Positions 1 through 9,454 of a DNA stretch of 64,000 bases are shown here, piece after piece. Within the stretch, counting starts at the first letter, position 1, and every line of letters begins with the position of its first letter. The position numbers and the translations under genes are program-made. Source of the stretch: an archaeon GW2011_AR20 (lineage in GTDB: Archaea; Nanobdellota; Nanobdellia; SCGC-AAA011-G17; GW2011-AR20); the NCBI GenBank assembly GCA_000830315.1, contig CP010426.1, forward strand, positions 135,156 through 199,155, written 5' to 3'. A model generated the notes under the pieces. That model was given only the letters and a program-made list of their open reading frames with translations. It did not search any database and was not told the DNA's origin.

Positions 1-270
1 TCCAGGTGTATTTTGAACTCTGTTCCTGTCGGACCCCATTTTTCCTTGAATTCTTTTTCCGAAAACTTATAATTATTCTTTGCAAACCAGTCTTTTGAAG
101 ATTTGTAAAGTTTTTTAATGTCGCAGGTTCCTTTATATTTTAAGATAAAACCTTGTTTAGGCGTAACAGAATCTTTTTGGCCTTTAATCATGAATTTAAC
201 CATGAAAACCCAATAATAAACCTTTTGGTTGAGTAAAAAAACTTATAAACATTCAATATGATAAAGTTAT

Positions 271-687
271 ATGGAAGATTGTGTTTTTTGCAAAATAATC
301 AAAAATAAAATTCCTGCCATTAAGGTTTATGAGGACGACGAAGTATTGGCAATTTTAGATGTCAGGCCTGCTACCAAGCATGGCGGCCATACTTTAGTTA
401 TGCCGAAAGAACATTTTGAATTAATAACAGATTTGCCAGATGATTTGCTTAAAAAATTATCTTTGGTAATTAAAAAAATTTCCAAGGCTTTACTCAAATT
501 CGGCAATGGATTAAATATCCTACAAAACAACAAAAAATACGCCGGGCAGGTAATTCCTCATGTTCACTTCCATTTAATCCCCAGATTTGAAAATGATAAT
601 GTTAAGGTTGAAAAATGGGTTGTAAATGAATACCGTGAAGGGGAAATTGAAAAAACTGCCTCTAAAATCAAAAGTCTTTTAAAATAA
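271..687 (+). CDS. HIT-family (histidine triad) nucleotide hydrolase
   Basis: 138 aa; C-terminal HxHxHxx motif 'HVHFHLIP' typical of the HIT superfamily; N-terminal CxxC. Confidence 0.85.
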   Translation: MEDCVFCKIIKNKIPAIKVYEDDEVLAILDVRPATKHGGHTLVMPKEHFELITDLPDDLLKKLSLVIKKISKALLKFGNGLNILQNNKKYAGQVIPHVHFHLIPRFENDNVKVEKWVVNEYREGEIEKTASKIKSLLK

Positions 688-707
688 ATTAATTCTTTTC
701 TGTTTAA

Positions 708-781
708 GGCACTGTAGCTTAACCTGGCAAAGCATCGGTTTCATGAGCCGAGGATTGGGAGTTCAAATCTCCTCAGTGCCA
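708..781 (+). tRNA. tRNA-Met (anticodon CAT), elongator-type or Ile2-type
   Basis: Hand-folded cloverleaf: acceptor GGCACTG/CAGTGCC, D-stem GCTT/AAGC, anticodon stem TCGGT/GCCGA with loop TTCATGA (anticodon CAT), T-arm GGGAG-TTCAAAT-CTCCT, discriminator A, no encoded CCA. G1:C72 argues against initiator. Confidence 0.8.
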
Positions 782-2497
782 TTAGAAATTATTTCTGACC
801 ATTGTTCTTACATGCCTTGATCTTATTTCGTCAAAAATGCGCTTGTCTTTAATAGCTATCCTTAATATATCTGCTACTCTTTCTCCAGACAATGTATGGG
901 GCAATATAACATAATCTGCTCCTGATTTATATAAATCAAAAGCTTCATCATTTTGCTGTGCGGTTACAATAACCTTAACTTTATTGTTCAAATTTCTAAC
1001 TTTTTTAATTAAATTCATATTATCCTCTAGATTCGGGATTGTTGAAATGACAAATTCAGATTCTTTCAAATTCAATTTTTCCAGCACATCAATATCCCCC
1101 AAGTCTCCATATATTGCTGTGATGTTATCGTTGTTTAATTTTTCAATTATAACCGGGTCGAAATCCACAACAATGATCTTTCTTTTCAATGATTTCAGTA
1201 AATCAACAATCTGGTAGCCCAGCCTGTGGCATCCGAATATAACTGTATGTTTAGAAAATTTCTCGGTGATTTCATATTTACCTTCAATAGTCTCTTTTTT
1301 TTCAAATATGCCAAGATAAGGCATCAAAAAATTATACAATTTATGATTGTAATGAATCATATAAACAGATAATGTAATTGTAATTATTCCAACCAAAGTT
1401 ATTAATGATACGATATTCTCATTAATGTGATTTAATTTTAATCCCAAAAACGCCAAGATTAATGAAAATTCTGAAATTTGTGCAACTGTTAATCCTGCAT
1501 AAAAGCTGGTTCTTTTTGTATAGCCAAGCAAACCCATCAAAATTGTGACAATTAGAGGATTTCCTATTAAAACAAATAATGATAGTAGAATCGCGGGAAC
1601 CAACAGATTAGCCTGATTAATGATAAGTTGTGTTCCTAGTATTACAAAAAATAATGTTATGAAGAAATCCCTTAAAGGCTTAACCTTATTGCTTATTTCT
1701 AGTTTGTATGGCAAATTTGCAAGTGATAAACCAGCTAAAAATGCCCCTATTTCAATTGAAAATCCGAGATATCTCGAGATTATTATGAATAAGAACGGCA
1801 AGGCTATTGACGCTAAAAATAACAATTCTGATGATTTTGCTATTCTATTGAATAAATTTGTCAAAATATATCTGCTGAACAAATAAACAAATAATAAAAA
1901 TAGGGCTGCTTTAAGAATAACCAAAAACATTGTTTCCTGCACAGAAGCACCCTGCTGTAAGGCAGCTAGGATAATTAGGATTATTATGGCAACAAAATCC
2001 TGCACCAATAAAAATCCCACTGAAATCCTCCCATATAATGATTGCAAGTCTTGTTTTTCTGAAAGTAATTTAACAATAATGATTGTGCTGCTAAATGTTA
2101 AGGCAATGGAAATATATACTGATTCAATAACTGAAAAATTGAGCAAATATTTTGTTATTAAATACCCAATGATAAAGGTGAATATTATTTGGCCAATGCC
2201 TGTTATTAGGGAAGTTCTCCCAACGTGTTTAACGTCCTTGAAACTAAGCTCTATGCCGACCAAGAATAATAAGAATGCGATTCCCAATTCAGAGAAAAAC
2301 CTGATTGTTTCAATGCTACTCGATCCTGCTAAAAACTGGCTTAATATAATTCCTGTAAAGATATATGCAAGTATTAATGGCTGCTTTATTAATCTAACAA
2401 AATAAGCAATTACCGAAGCAACTATTAATATTAAGCTAAAATAAAATAAGTTATCCCTGGGCAGGGCATTTATCAAATTAGCTGTATCAAAAGACAT
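782..2497 (-). CDS. Kef-type monovalent cation:proton antiporter (CPA2) with C-terminal RCK/TrkA-N domain
   Basis: 571 aa; about 12 predicted TM helices followed by a Rossmann-like TrkA-N segment (IVVDFDP...GDLGD); stop codon abuts the tRNA. Confidence 0.8.
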   Translation of the reverse strand: MSFDTANLINALPRDNLFYFSLILIVASVIAYFVRLIKQPLILAYIFTGIILSQFLAGSSSIETIRFFSELGIAFLLFLVGIELSFKDVKHVGRTSLITGIGQIIFTFIIGYLITKYLLNFSVIESVYISIALTFSSTIIIVKLLSEKQDLQSLYGRISVGFLLVQDFVAIIILIILAALQQGASVQETMFLVILKAALFLLFVYLFSRYILTNLFNRIAKSSELLFLASIALPFLFIIISRYLGFSIEIGAFLAGLSLANLPYKLEISNKVKPLRDFFITLFFVILGTQLIINQANLLVPAILLSLFVLIGNPLIVTILMGLLGYTKRTSFYAGLTVAQISEFSLILAFLGLKLNHINENIVSLITLVGIITITLSVYMIHYNHKLYNFLMPYLGIFEKKETIEGKYEITEKFSKHTVIFGCHRLGYQIVDLLKSLKRKIIVVDFDPVIIEKLNNDNITAIYGDLGDIDVLEKLNLKESEFVISTIPNLEDNMNLIKKVRNLNNKVKVIVTAQQNDEAFDLYKSGADYVILPHTLSGERVADILRIAIKDKRIFDEIRSRHVRTMVRNNF

Positions 2498-2729
2498 AAA
2501 TTAAAAAAAGAAAATTAATATTTAAATGTTATTATTTTTTAAAAAAGATGATTGCAATATTGTCCTCTTACTAATAAGTTCGATCCAGTAATCCCTGTCA
2601 CCATTGCTTATTTTAGCATTACAACTATTGCACAAAGGGATAAGATTTTTTTCGCTACAATCATTTTTTATATAAATTTTACTATTTTAAGAAGTATCAT
2701 TAGAGTATAAAGGAAAAAATAATAAATTT

Positions 2730-2975
2730 TTATTTGCGTGCTAGAACTATCTCGACGGTACTAACACGGACTGTTTTTCCTTCCTTATTCTCAAATTCTT
2801 CGCTGTCAATTTTTATGTCCTTAACTCCGACTGTGTTCTCTAAAAATCTCTTGCTCGCTACTTCCACGATATCAACTGCTCTTGAAATAAATTTTCCCCT
2901 AGCTTTTACTTTTACTTCATTTGCACCCTGTGTTGTAAACTGCATTATGACTCCCGTTACATAACGCGTGTCCAA
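2730..2975 (-). CDS. albA: Chromatin protein Alba (Sso10b family)
   Basis: 81 aa; sequence 'ARGKFISRAVDIVEVASKRF' matches the Alba fold signature. Confidence 0.8.
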   Translation of the reverse strand: MDTRYVTGVIMQFTTQGANEVKVKARGKFISRAVDIVEVASKRFLENTVGVKDIKIDSEEFENKEGKTVRVSTVEIVLARK

Positions 2976-3105
2976 AAAGACTTAACTTAATTGGAATTCA
3001 TGAATGGACGAGAGCCAACAAACACTGTATTTCTGTCCATATCTGTCATTTTTGTTACCCCCTTATGATTTAATTAATATTATAGAAATTAGTTTATAAT
3101 ACTTT

Positions 3106-3300
3106 CTACCCAGTTTTGCCTTTTCTCACTAACCTTGTTACATACCCGGCTATGACATTTCTCAATTTCTTAGAATTTAGCTCGGTTAATTCAGGTAATA
3201 CTTTCTTGTTATCCTCAAAATCCTCACTAAATTTATTTGGATTATTTCTAAACAATTCTTCTCCTGTTCTCTTAACCAGTTTTGTTTTAATTCTACCCAT
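3106..3300 (-). CDS. rps17e: 30S ribosomal protein S17e
   Basis: Internal Met of ORF 3106..3414; 'MGRIKTKLVKRTGEELF...SKKLRNVIAGYVTRLVRKG' matches the S17e consensus (MGRVRTK...KKLRNKIAGYVT). Start moved to 3300 because the upstream part overlaps nothing conserved. Confidence 0.75.
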   Translation of the reverse strand: MGRIKTKLVKRTGEELFRNNPNKFSEDFEDNKKVLPELTELNSKKLRNVIAGYVTRLVRKGKTG

Positions 3301-3325
3301 GAAATAGAGGCAAAAAATACTATAT

Positions 3326-4390
3326 TTAAAGTTTTTGTTTGTTAAAAATCCATATCTCTCTTTCCAATATTGACCCCTTATGCTTGTATATAATTGGAAG
3401 TTGAGAATTTGCAATTTTAAAATTAGTGTTTCTTAATAAATTTTTAATATCAATGTTTAATCTTCTTCTGTTTCTAGTCAATATAACCGGAAGAATTATT
3501 ACGATTTTATTCGTTATCTTACTTAATTCTTGAAAAACCCTTAAGTACAATAAGTTTAGCCTAGAGATGATATTTCTTGCTTCTTCTTCATTTGGATAAG
3601 TCTTTAAATACGGTCCAAGATAGGGCTCTGTAACAACGGCTTCAATATTTTTTATGTATCTGCTTAAATTTCTGGAATCTCCCTGAATCAATTTAATTTT
3701 ATTTTTTACTTTAAAATTTTTGCTTAACCATAACAAATTATCTCTCGCTTCTTTTATATTGACATCTAAGCCATAAGCGTCCAGGTTCATCAGTAACGCT
3801 TCCTGAAGCATTGTGCCTGCGCCACAAAAAGGGTCGAGAATTTCTTTCTTAGCCTGGCTTAAATTAATTAATATTTTTGCCAACCTGATTGAGATGACTT
3901 TTTTCTCATCAAATCTTGGCCTAACCTCATCTCTTTTTTTGTATATTTTTGGATTAGAAACCTGGATCACTTTTGCCAGATAATTCTTAAAGAAAATTAA
4001 TTCTAAATCTAATTTTAACGCATCACTAGGATCCTGGACATTTCTTTTATAGTAAGCTTTAATTTCTTCTTCCTTAAATCTTTTGCTTAGAGTTTCTTTG
4101 ATTAAATCATCATTTACGCTGTAATAAATTTTATTTTTATTAGGGATTTCAAATTCTCTTAAAAATTTCATTAAATTTTCTTCATTTCCTTTCTTAAAAA
4201 TGATTTTTGCTATTTTTATTGTACCTCCCAATTCATCAATATCAAAATTATTCTTATCTGTAGAAAATATGACTAAGTTAATCCATTTACCTTTCATTTC
4301 ATACTTTATATTCTTTTTACTGAAATAGCATAATAATTCAAGCAAACTTAGTTCTTTATCCCTTCCTAAAACAAATAAATATTCTTCCAT
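3326..4390 (-). CDS. Putative RNA (guanine-N2)-methyltransferase, Trm11/Trm-G10-like
   Basis: 354 aa; SAM-binding motif I 'DPFCGAGTMLQEALLMN' as in archaeal Trm-G10/Trm11 (DPFCGTG); N-terminal domain could be THUMP-like. Confidence 0.5.
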   Translation of the reverse strand: MEEYLFVLGRDKELSLLELLCYFSKKNIKYEMKGKWINLVIFSTDKNNFDIDELGGTIKIAKIIFKKGNEENLMKFLREFEIPNKNKIYYSVNDDLIKETLSKRFKEEEIKAYYKRNVQDPSDALKLDLELIFFKNYLAKVIQVSNPKIYKKRDEVRPRFDEKKVISIRLAKILINLSQAKKEILDPFCGAGTMLQEALLMNLDAYGLDVNIKEARDNLLWLSKNFKVKNKIKLIQGDSRNLSRYIKNIEAVVTEPYLGPYLKTYPNEEEARNIISRLNLLYLRVFQELSKITNKIVIILPVILTRNRRRLNIDIKNLLRNTNFKIANSQLPIIYKHKGSILEREIWIFNKQKL

Positions 4391-4416
4391 ATTAATATTA
4401 TAAGAAAACTCGGGTT

Positions 4417-5355
4417 TTAAATCTTTTCAAAAATTAAATAATTATTATTAATATATTCCTTAGCCTGCTTTGTTAACTCCCCGTTTGTTAAAATCATTAA
4501 TGGTAGTTTCTTCAATTGGGATTTATTGTGTGCCAAGCTTAAATCAGCATCGTTTATTTTGTTCTTGTCTTTTGCGCTTAGGAAGAATCTTACGCTTCCT
4601 ACCTGACTTGAAATTTCAACCACGTAATCAGTCTCCTTTCCTTTCTTAACGGTGTTTTCCTCAATAACCTTAATGTTTTTAGTATTAAAATAATTTTTTA
4701 ATATAAGCATAAAATCTGTTTTGGTTTCTTTTTTAACTTTTTTCTTCTCTGGTTTGGGCTTAATAATCTCTTTTTGCTGTTCGGCTTTAATTTGCGGCTG
4801 CAATTTTTCCTGCACTTCCGGAACTTCTTTGATCCCCATAATAACTTCTGGTTTTTGTATTTCTGTTTTTACTTCTTGTACAATTTCCTGGATAACTGGT
4901 TGTGGTTTTTCTTTTTCAGTTACCTGGGATATAAATAAATTAGCCTCCTGTTCGCTTAACAAATGCCATCTCCAAAATATCTCATCATTAATCTGAATCG
5001 GATATGCAAAATCTTTTATTTCACGCAATGCAACTCTTTCAACCGGCTGCAATACCTTATCGCGCAAAACTTTATTCTGCCTTAGTAAATCGTAAGCGTG
5101 TTTTTCGCGCTGGTGTAAATACGGGTAAAGCATGCTTAATCTGGGCTCTTGGCCAGGAAAATAATACACCGGGCTACCACCTATTTTTGCTGTGCTTATC
5201 TTTATCTTTCCGTTGCTTAATAATTCAGACAATAAAGCCCCGGCAAATAAAATATTGCTTCCGATTTGCTTAGAAACCTGCACAGGTATTACAGGACCCC
5301 TCATTCTAATAAACTCAATTACCTTAAATTTAAGCTCCTGCATGTTAATCGGCAT
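4417..5355 (-). CDS. Hypothetical protein: N-terminal winged-helix-like domain, K/P/E-rich linker, C-terminal restriction-endonuclease-like (Mrr_cat/PD-(D/E)xK-like) region
   Basis: 312 aa; low-complexity 'KPEVIMGIKEVPEVQEKLQPQIKAEQQKEIIKPKPEKKK'; C-terminal 'DYVVEISSQVGSVRFFLSAKDK' resembles the Mrr catalytic core; weak. Confidence 0.3.
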   Translation of the reverse strand: MPINMQELKFKVIEFIRMRGPVIPVQVSKQIGSNILFAGALLSELLSNGKIKISTAKIGGSPVYYFPGQEPRLSMLYPYLHQREKHAYDLLRQNKVLRDKVLQPVERVALREIKDFAYPIQINDEIFWRWHLLSEQEANLFISQVTEKEKPQPVIQEIVQEVKTEIQKPEVIMGIKEVPEVQEKLQPQIKAEQQKEIIKPKPEKKKVKKETKTDFMLILKNYFNTKNIKVIEENTVKKGKETDYVVEISSQVGSVRFFLSAKDKNKINDADLSLAHNKSQLKKLPLMILTNGELTKQAKEYINNNYLIFEKI

Positions 5356-5421
5356 AAGTTAGTAAAATTAGAAAGGATATAAAAATGTTGCCTAAATGCC
5401 GACCTGACTTGGGTTAAGATA

Positions 5422-5994
5422 TTACGGCCTTGTCCAGGCTATCTCATAAAAAGTGCAGTCGTTTTCTTCATCCACAACAGCTATCAATAACTTCTTTCTA
5501 GTACTGTGGGCAACCCTATTTTTTGCAGAAAATTCATACCAAGTTAATGAATCTGTTTCCCTTACAGGATACATTATCCATTTGGCATGATCTTCTCCCG
5601 GTTTTATTCCCCTGTCATAAATTCTAAAATCTGCTCCAAATTTTAAGGCTGTCTTGACAATATAACCACGATTTCTCATATCCCCATAAGCAACATATCT
5701 TGTCCAGAAGTTTTTTTCTTTTTTAACAGCTTCTTTTAAAAAATCATCAAATTTTAATTTCTTTTTCTCATTTAAAATATCGACCCTTCCTTTCTCAAGT
5801 AAATATAATCCTTCGACGACAGAATATTGTATCTTATTATCTACAATTTCGCCGTATCTTGACTGGTCATATAAATTATGGGCTTCATGCTTATCCTCAG
5901 CAATTAATCTATCTCCGACTAAGTTAATTTGGAATTTCTTTATTTCTTTTTCTTCCTTAACCTCTTTTACTTCCCTGGATTTTTTCTTAGCCAT
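5422..5994 (-). CDS. endA: tRNA-splicing endonuclease
   Basis: 190 aa; 'YVAYGDMRNRGYIVKTALKFGADFRIYDRG...HAKWIMYPV' matches the EndA catalytic domain signature (Y..R.RG..V..G.KFG.DF..Y). Confidence 0.8.
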   Translation of the reverse strand: MAKKKSREVKEVKEEKEIKKFQINLVGDRLIAEDKHEAHNLYDQSRYGEIVDNKIQYSVVEGLYLLEKGRVDILNEKKKLKFDDFLKEAVKKEKNFWTRYVAYGDMRNRGYIVKTALKFGADFRIYDRGIKPGEDHAKWIMYPVRETDSLTWYEFSAKNRVAHSTRKKLLIAVVDEENDCTFYEIAWTRP

Positions 5995-6044
5995 AACTAG
6001 TTTTAGTAGTAAGCTATTTAAAAGCCTTTTTCTTTAATAAAATC

Positions 6045-6929
6045 ATGAAAATAACATTTTTGGGAACTGGAGCTATGCTTCCCACTAAAGAAAGAAATCC
6101 GAACGCGATTTTTATTAGTTACAAGAATGAGGGAATTTTAATTGATTGTGCAGAAGGAACTCAAAGACAACTGAGACATGCCGGAATTTCACCTACAAAA
6201 GTAACTAAGTTATTAATAACACACTGGCATGGCGATCATGTTTTGGGAATTCCTGGATTAATGCAAAGTCTTGGAGCAAGCAATTATACAAAAAAATTAG
6301 AGATTTACGGACCAAGGGGAAGCAAAAATTTCCTTAAAAATATGATGAAAGGACTGGTTTTTAAGTCAAGGATCAAATACGAATTAAGAGAAACCAACCA
6401 AGGAAAGCTTTTTGATAATGAGGATTTTTATTTAGAGGCAAATAAAGTTAAACACAGCATAGATTGTTTAAGTTATTCTTTTATTGAGAAAGATAAGTTA
6501 AAAATTAATATTGACTATACTAAAAAATTTGGGTTAACACAGCATCCTTTGCTCGGAGAGTTGCAAAAAGGAAAAGATATTATTTATCAAGGAAAGAAAA
6601 TCAAGGTCAAAAATGCTACATTTGTAAAAAGAGGAAAGAAAATTTGCTTTATTCTAGATACTTATTATAATAAAAAATTGATTTCAATAGCTAAAAGTGC
6701 GGATTTGCTAGTTGCAGAATCAACATGGCTGGAAAAAGACAAGTTAATTGATAAAGAGCATTTAAGTTCTAAAGATGCCGGAAAATTAGCAAGGCAGGCA
6801 AAGGTAAAGAAATTAATTTTAACGCACTTTTCTCAAAGATACAAAGATTTGGGTGAAATGTTAAAAGAGGCAAAAAAAGAATTTAGCAATGTTGAATTAG
6901 CCAAGGATTTAATGAGTTTGGAAATTTAA
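6045..6929 (+). CDS. rnz: Ribonuclease Z (tRNA 3' processing, metallo-beta-lactamase fold)
   Basis: 294 aa; 'MKITFLGTGAMLP' and 'ITHWHGDHVLGIPGL' (HxHxDH) motifs. Confidence 0.85.
   Translation: MKITFLGTGAMLPTKERNPNAIFISYKNEGILIDCAEGTQRQLRHAGISPTKVTKLLITHWHGDHVLGIPGLMQSLGASNYTKKLEIYGPRGSKNFLKNMMKGLVFKSRIKYELRETNQGKLFDNEDFYLEANKVKHSIDCLSYSFIEKDKLKINIDYTKKFGLTQHPLLGELQKGKDIIYQGKKIKVKNATFVKRGKKICFILDTYYNKKLISIAKSADLLVAESTWLEKDKLIDKEHLSSKDAGKLARQAKVKKLILTHFSQRYKDLGEMLKEAKKEFSNVELAKDLMSLEI
6874..6929. repeat. Direct repeat copy 1 (3' end of rnz), 56 bp, 54/56 identical to 7901..7956
   Basis: aaaaagaatttagcaatgttgaattagcCaaggatttaatgagtttgGaaatttaa vs copy 2 with A/A at the two capitalised positions. 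Confidence 0.9.
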
Positions 6930-7537
6930 GTATTTCTTTGAATTAAATTTTTTAGCCTATCCGGCATCATTATTGGAAACTCGATATATTTTATTTTCCA
7001 ATAATCAAGATATTCTTTCATTTTTTCAGTATTCTGTATGGGGCATAATAAGATGGTATCAGAAAATTTTAAAACATTCAAATCCTTTAAAATCCCCCCA
7101 TCATTTTTGTTTCTACCATAAAGGCTATAATAAAATCTCATTCTGTTTGATTTAGTAAATCCTCTTAACTCATATTTGAAAAGGTTGAATGAGACATAGC
7201 CGAAAGATGCTGATAAAAAATTATTATTAAGAACACTAAAGCCTTCTGCTAAAACTCCCTCTCTTGCCTTAAAAGTTTCGTTAAAAAGCTCTTTATAATT
7301 CCTGGAATTCAAATCAACATCAAAACCTTTTTTTTCTAAAAGTTTTTTCAGCTCATATTCCTTATCCAAATCTTTTTTATCTTTATATAAAATTAATATG
7401 TCAATATCATTTGGTTTTTCCTTTCCCTTTATAAAAGAACCGAAAATAATTATATCTAATAAAATATGCCTGTTTTTTTTGAGAAAATCCTTAAGTTCAG
7501 ACTTCAATTTTGTATTCTTTAGCTGTTCTTTTGACAT
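6926..7537 (-). CDS. Minimal nucleotidyltransferase (Pol-beta superfamily, MNT-like)
   Basis: 203 aa; 'GSFIKGKEKPNDIDILILY' = G[SG]x9-13Dx[DE] NTase motif. Confidence 0.7.
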   Translation of the reverse strand: MSKEQLKNTKLKSELKDFLKKNRHILLDIIIFGSFIKGKEKPNDIDILILYKDKKDLDKEYELKKLLEKKGFDVDLNSRNYKELFNETFKAREGVLAEGFSVLNNNFLSASFGYVSFNLFKYELRGFTKSNRMRFYYSLYGRNKNDGGILKDLNVLKFSDTILLCPIQNTEKMKEYLDYWKIKYIEFPIMMPDRLKNLIQRNT

Positions 7538-7916
7538 ATTCTTTTATTAAATCGCAGGTTTCTTTATCTATTGAAATTGAGTAAGTATCCCTATAAATTT
7601 TGAAATATTTATCTAATGAGGCGTATAATTCTGGGAAATCTTGTTGCAGAATTCTAAACCTTTCTGTATGATCTTTCGGAGTTTTTCCCTTTATTCCTAA
7701 AATTATAAAGTCTAAAATTGAAAAAATTGCCTTAAAATACAGTATTGTAGCAGATGTATAGTCCTTATTGGTATAAACTAAATCTGCAGATTTCAAGATG
7801 GTTTTTACATTTTTTATTAATTCGTCTTCAATCATGTTGGTATTATTAACAAAGAACTGATATTTAAACCTTTCGGTTGGTAGTACAAACATATCATGGT
7901 AAAAAGAATTTAGCAA
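7497..7916 (-). CDS. HEPN-like protein (partner of the upstream NTase)
   Basis: 139 aa all-helical; position immediately upstream of and overlapping an MNT gene, as in HEPN/MNT pairs; possible 'KDHTERFR' R/H motif; start may be the internal ATG at M9. Confidence 0.45.
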   Translation of the reverse strand: MLNSFYHDMFVLPTERFKYQFFVNNTNMIEDELIKNVKTILKSADLVYTNKDYTSATILYFKAIFSILDFIILGIKGKTPKDHTERFRILQQDFPELYASLDKYFKIYRDTYSISIDKETCDLIKEYVKRTAKEYKIEV

Positions 7917-7956
7917 TGTTGAATTAGCAAAGGATTTAATGAGTTTGAAAATTTAA
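7901..7956. repeat. Direct repeat copy 2 (duplicate of rnz 3' end)
   Basis: See copy 1; retains an in-frame ...EFSNVELAKDLMSLKI* coding potential. Confidence 0.9.
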
Positions 7957-8276
7957 ATTAAACCTAAATTTTTCTTTGCATCATCCAATAAAATTGCTTG
8001 GGCAAGTGCATCTCTGATTTTACTATGATCTTCATAGATTCCTTTATATATCTTCTGACATGTTTCACATTCAATACAGTGATTTACAAAATATCCTCTA
8101 ATTTCCTCCCAGGATTCTCCGAATTCTGAATATGCTTTCTCTATATAGTTGTAGTATAATTTCTGACCCGGGGTTGGATTATTCTCAGTTATTATTAAGT
8201 CGGTTAAAGAAAAGATGGTAATAAAATCTAACCTTGAATCGGTTGGACACCTATATCTTGTGTCTGGGGCTAACAT
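7953..8276 (-). CDS. Hypothetical Cys-containing protein
   Basis: 107 aa; 'CIECETCQ' CxxCxxC; no recognisable family. Confidence 0.3.
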   Translation of the reverse strand: MLAPDTRYRCPTDSRLDFITIFSLTDLIITENNPTPGQKLYYNYIEKAYSEFGESWEEIRGYFVNHCIECETCQKIYKGIYEDHSKIRDALAQAILLDDAKKNLGLI

Positions 8277-8298
8277 TTTAAAAAATAAAAAAAGAAAT

Positions 8299-9225
8299 TT
8301 ATTCTTCCTCGTCTAAGAATTTCTTCTTAATTTCGTCTTTCAAATCTAATTCGCGAAGCAATTCCTTATAACGGTTTCTGATTGTAACTTCTGTAACTCC
8401 TGCAACGTCTGCTACCTCACGTTGGGTTCTTTTCTCATTGTTGATTAAAGCAGCAACATATAATGAAGCGGCTGCAATTCCTGTAGGTCCTCTTCCTGAG
8501 GTTAATTCTTCTTTCTGAGCTTTTTCAAGAATTTCAACAGCCTTGCTTTGAGTTTCTGCATTTAATTTCAATGCTGAAGCAAATCTTGGAATATAATCGA
8601 CTGGATTACTAGGAAGAATTCTAATTCCCAATTCCCTTGTAATAAATCTGTAAGTTCTTCCGATTTCTTTTTTGTCAATACCGCTTGCTTCACTTAACTC
8701 GTCTAATGTTCTTGGAACTTCATGACGTCTACAGGCAGCATATAATGCACCCGCAACAACACTTTCCATAGATCTTCCACGAACCAGACCTCTTTGAACA
8801 GCTAAAGTATAAACTCTTGCAGCTTCCTCTTCTACAGATGCTGGCAATTTTAAATATGAAGAAACTCTTTTTAATTCAGCCAGGGCTAATTTTAAATTTC
8901 TTTCAATTGCAGTACTTATTCTGTGCTGCCACTTTCTTAATCTAAAAAATTTGTTTCTTTCTTTGCTCTTTAATTGGTAAATATCACCTTTTTGGCCTAC
9001 ATCTGTTCCTAATCCGCGGTCAAATTTGGTCCATGTACTGGGAGCACCTGTTCTTCTACGTTTATCAGCCTGTTCAGGATCAAATTCTCTCCATTCCTGG
9101 CCGAAGTCAATCATCTTTTCCTCAATAACTAAACCGCAGTCCCTACATATCATTTCACCCTTTTCTTTATTAAGAACTAAATGAATTCCGCCACACTCAG
9201 GGCATTTTTTTATGTATTGGTGCAT
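8299..9225 (-). CDS. tfb: Transcription initiation factor IIB (TFB)
   Basis: 308 aa; N-terminal Zn ribbon 'CPECGG...CRDCG' followed by two cyclin-like repeats; AT-rich TATA-like upstream region around 9240-9300. Confidence 0.9.
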   Translation of the reverse strand: MHQYIKKCPECGGIHLVLNKEKGEMICRDCGLVIEEKMIDFGQEWREFDPEQADKRRRTGAPSTWTKFDRGLGTDVGQKGDIYQLKSKERNKFFRLRKWQHRISTAIERNLKLALAELKRVSSYLKLPASVEEEAARVYTLAVQRGLVRGRSMESVVAGALYAACRRHEVPRTLDELSEASGIDKKEIGRTYRFITRELGIRILPSNPVDYIPRFASALKLNAETQSKAVEILEKAQKEELTSGRGPTGIAAASLYVAALINNEKRTQREVADVAGVTEVTIRNRYKELLRELDLKDEIKKKFLDEEE

Positions 9226-9454
9226 TTTACCCCCCTAAAATGGTTATATAATAAAATTTAAATATAAACTTAATGTTGACTATATAAACCTTTCGGTAGA
9301 CCATTCTTCTCGTCGAAAAATATCCTGGCTGTAATTCTAATTTCTCGCATTTATTTACAGAATACACATGTGATAACTGTGGAAGAGGGGTTAAGTATAA
9401 ACAAAAGATTTGTGGTGGATGTGGAATTAATTTGAATTGGGATTAGAATTATTT

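Noticed and set aside
708-781. tRNA-Met(CAT) as initiator tRNA
   Set aside because: Archaeal initiators have A1:U72 and three consecutive G-C in the anticodon stem; this one has G1:C72 and stem TCGGT/GCCGA, so elongator Met or CAT-Ile2 is more likely
984-2405. ORFs 984..1217, 1620..1886, 1986..2405 (+)
   Set aside because: Lie entirely antisense within the Kef antiporter gene; low-complexity translations typical of AT-rich antisense frames
3301-3414. N-terminal 38 codons of ORF 3106..3414 as part of S17e
   Set aside because: S17e homology begins exactly at the internal Met (MGRIKTK); the upstream extension is unconserved and overlaps the upstream gene end
9363-9446. Zinc-ribbon-like reading frame (CDNCGRG...CGGCG) upstream of the TFB gene
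   Set aside because: Followed in frame back to an upstream stop without any ATG/GTG/TTG start in a sensible context; likely chance
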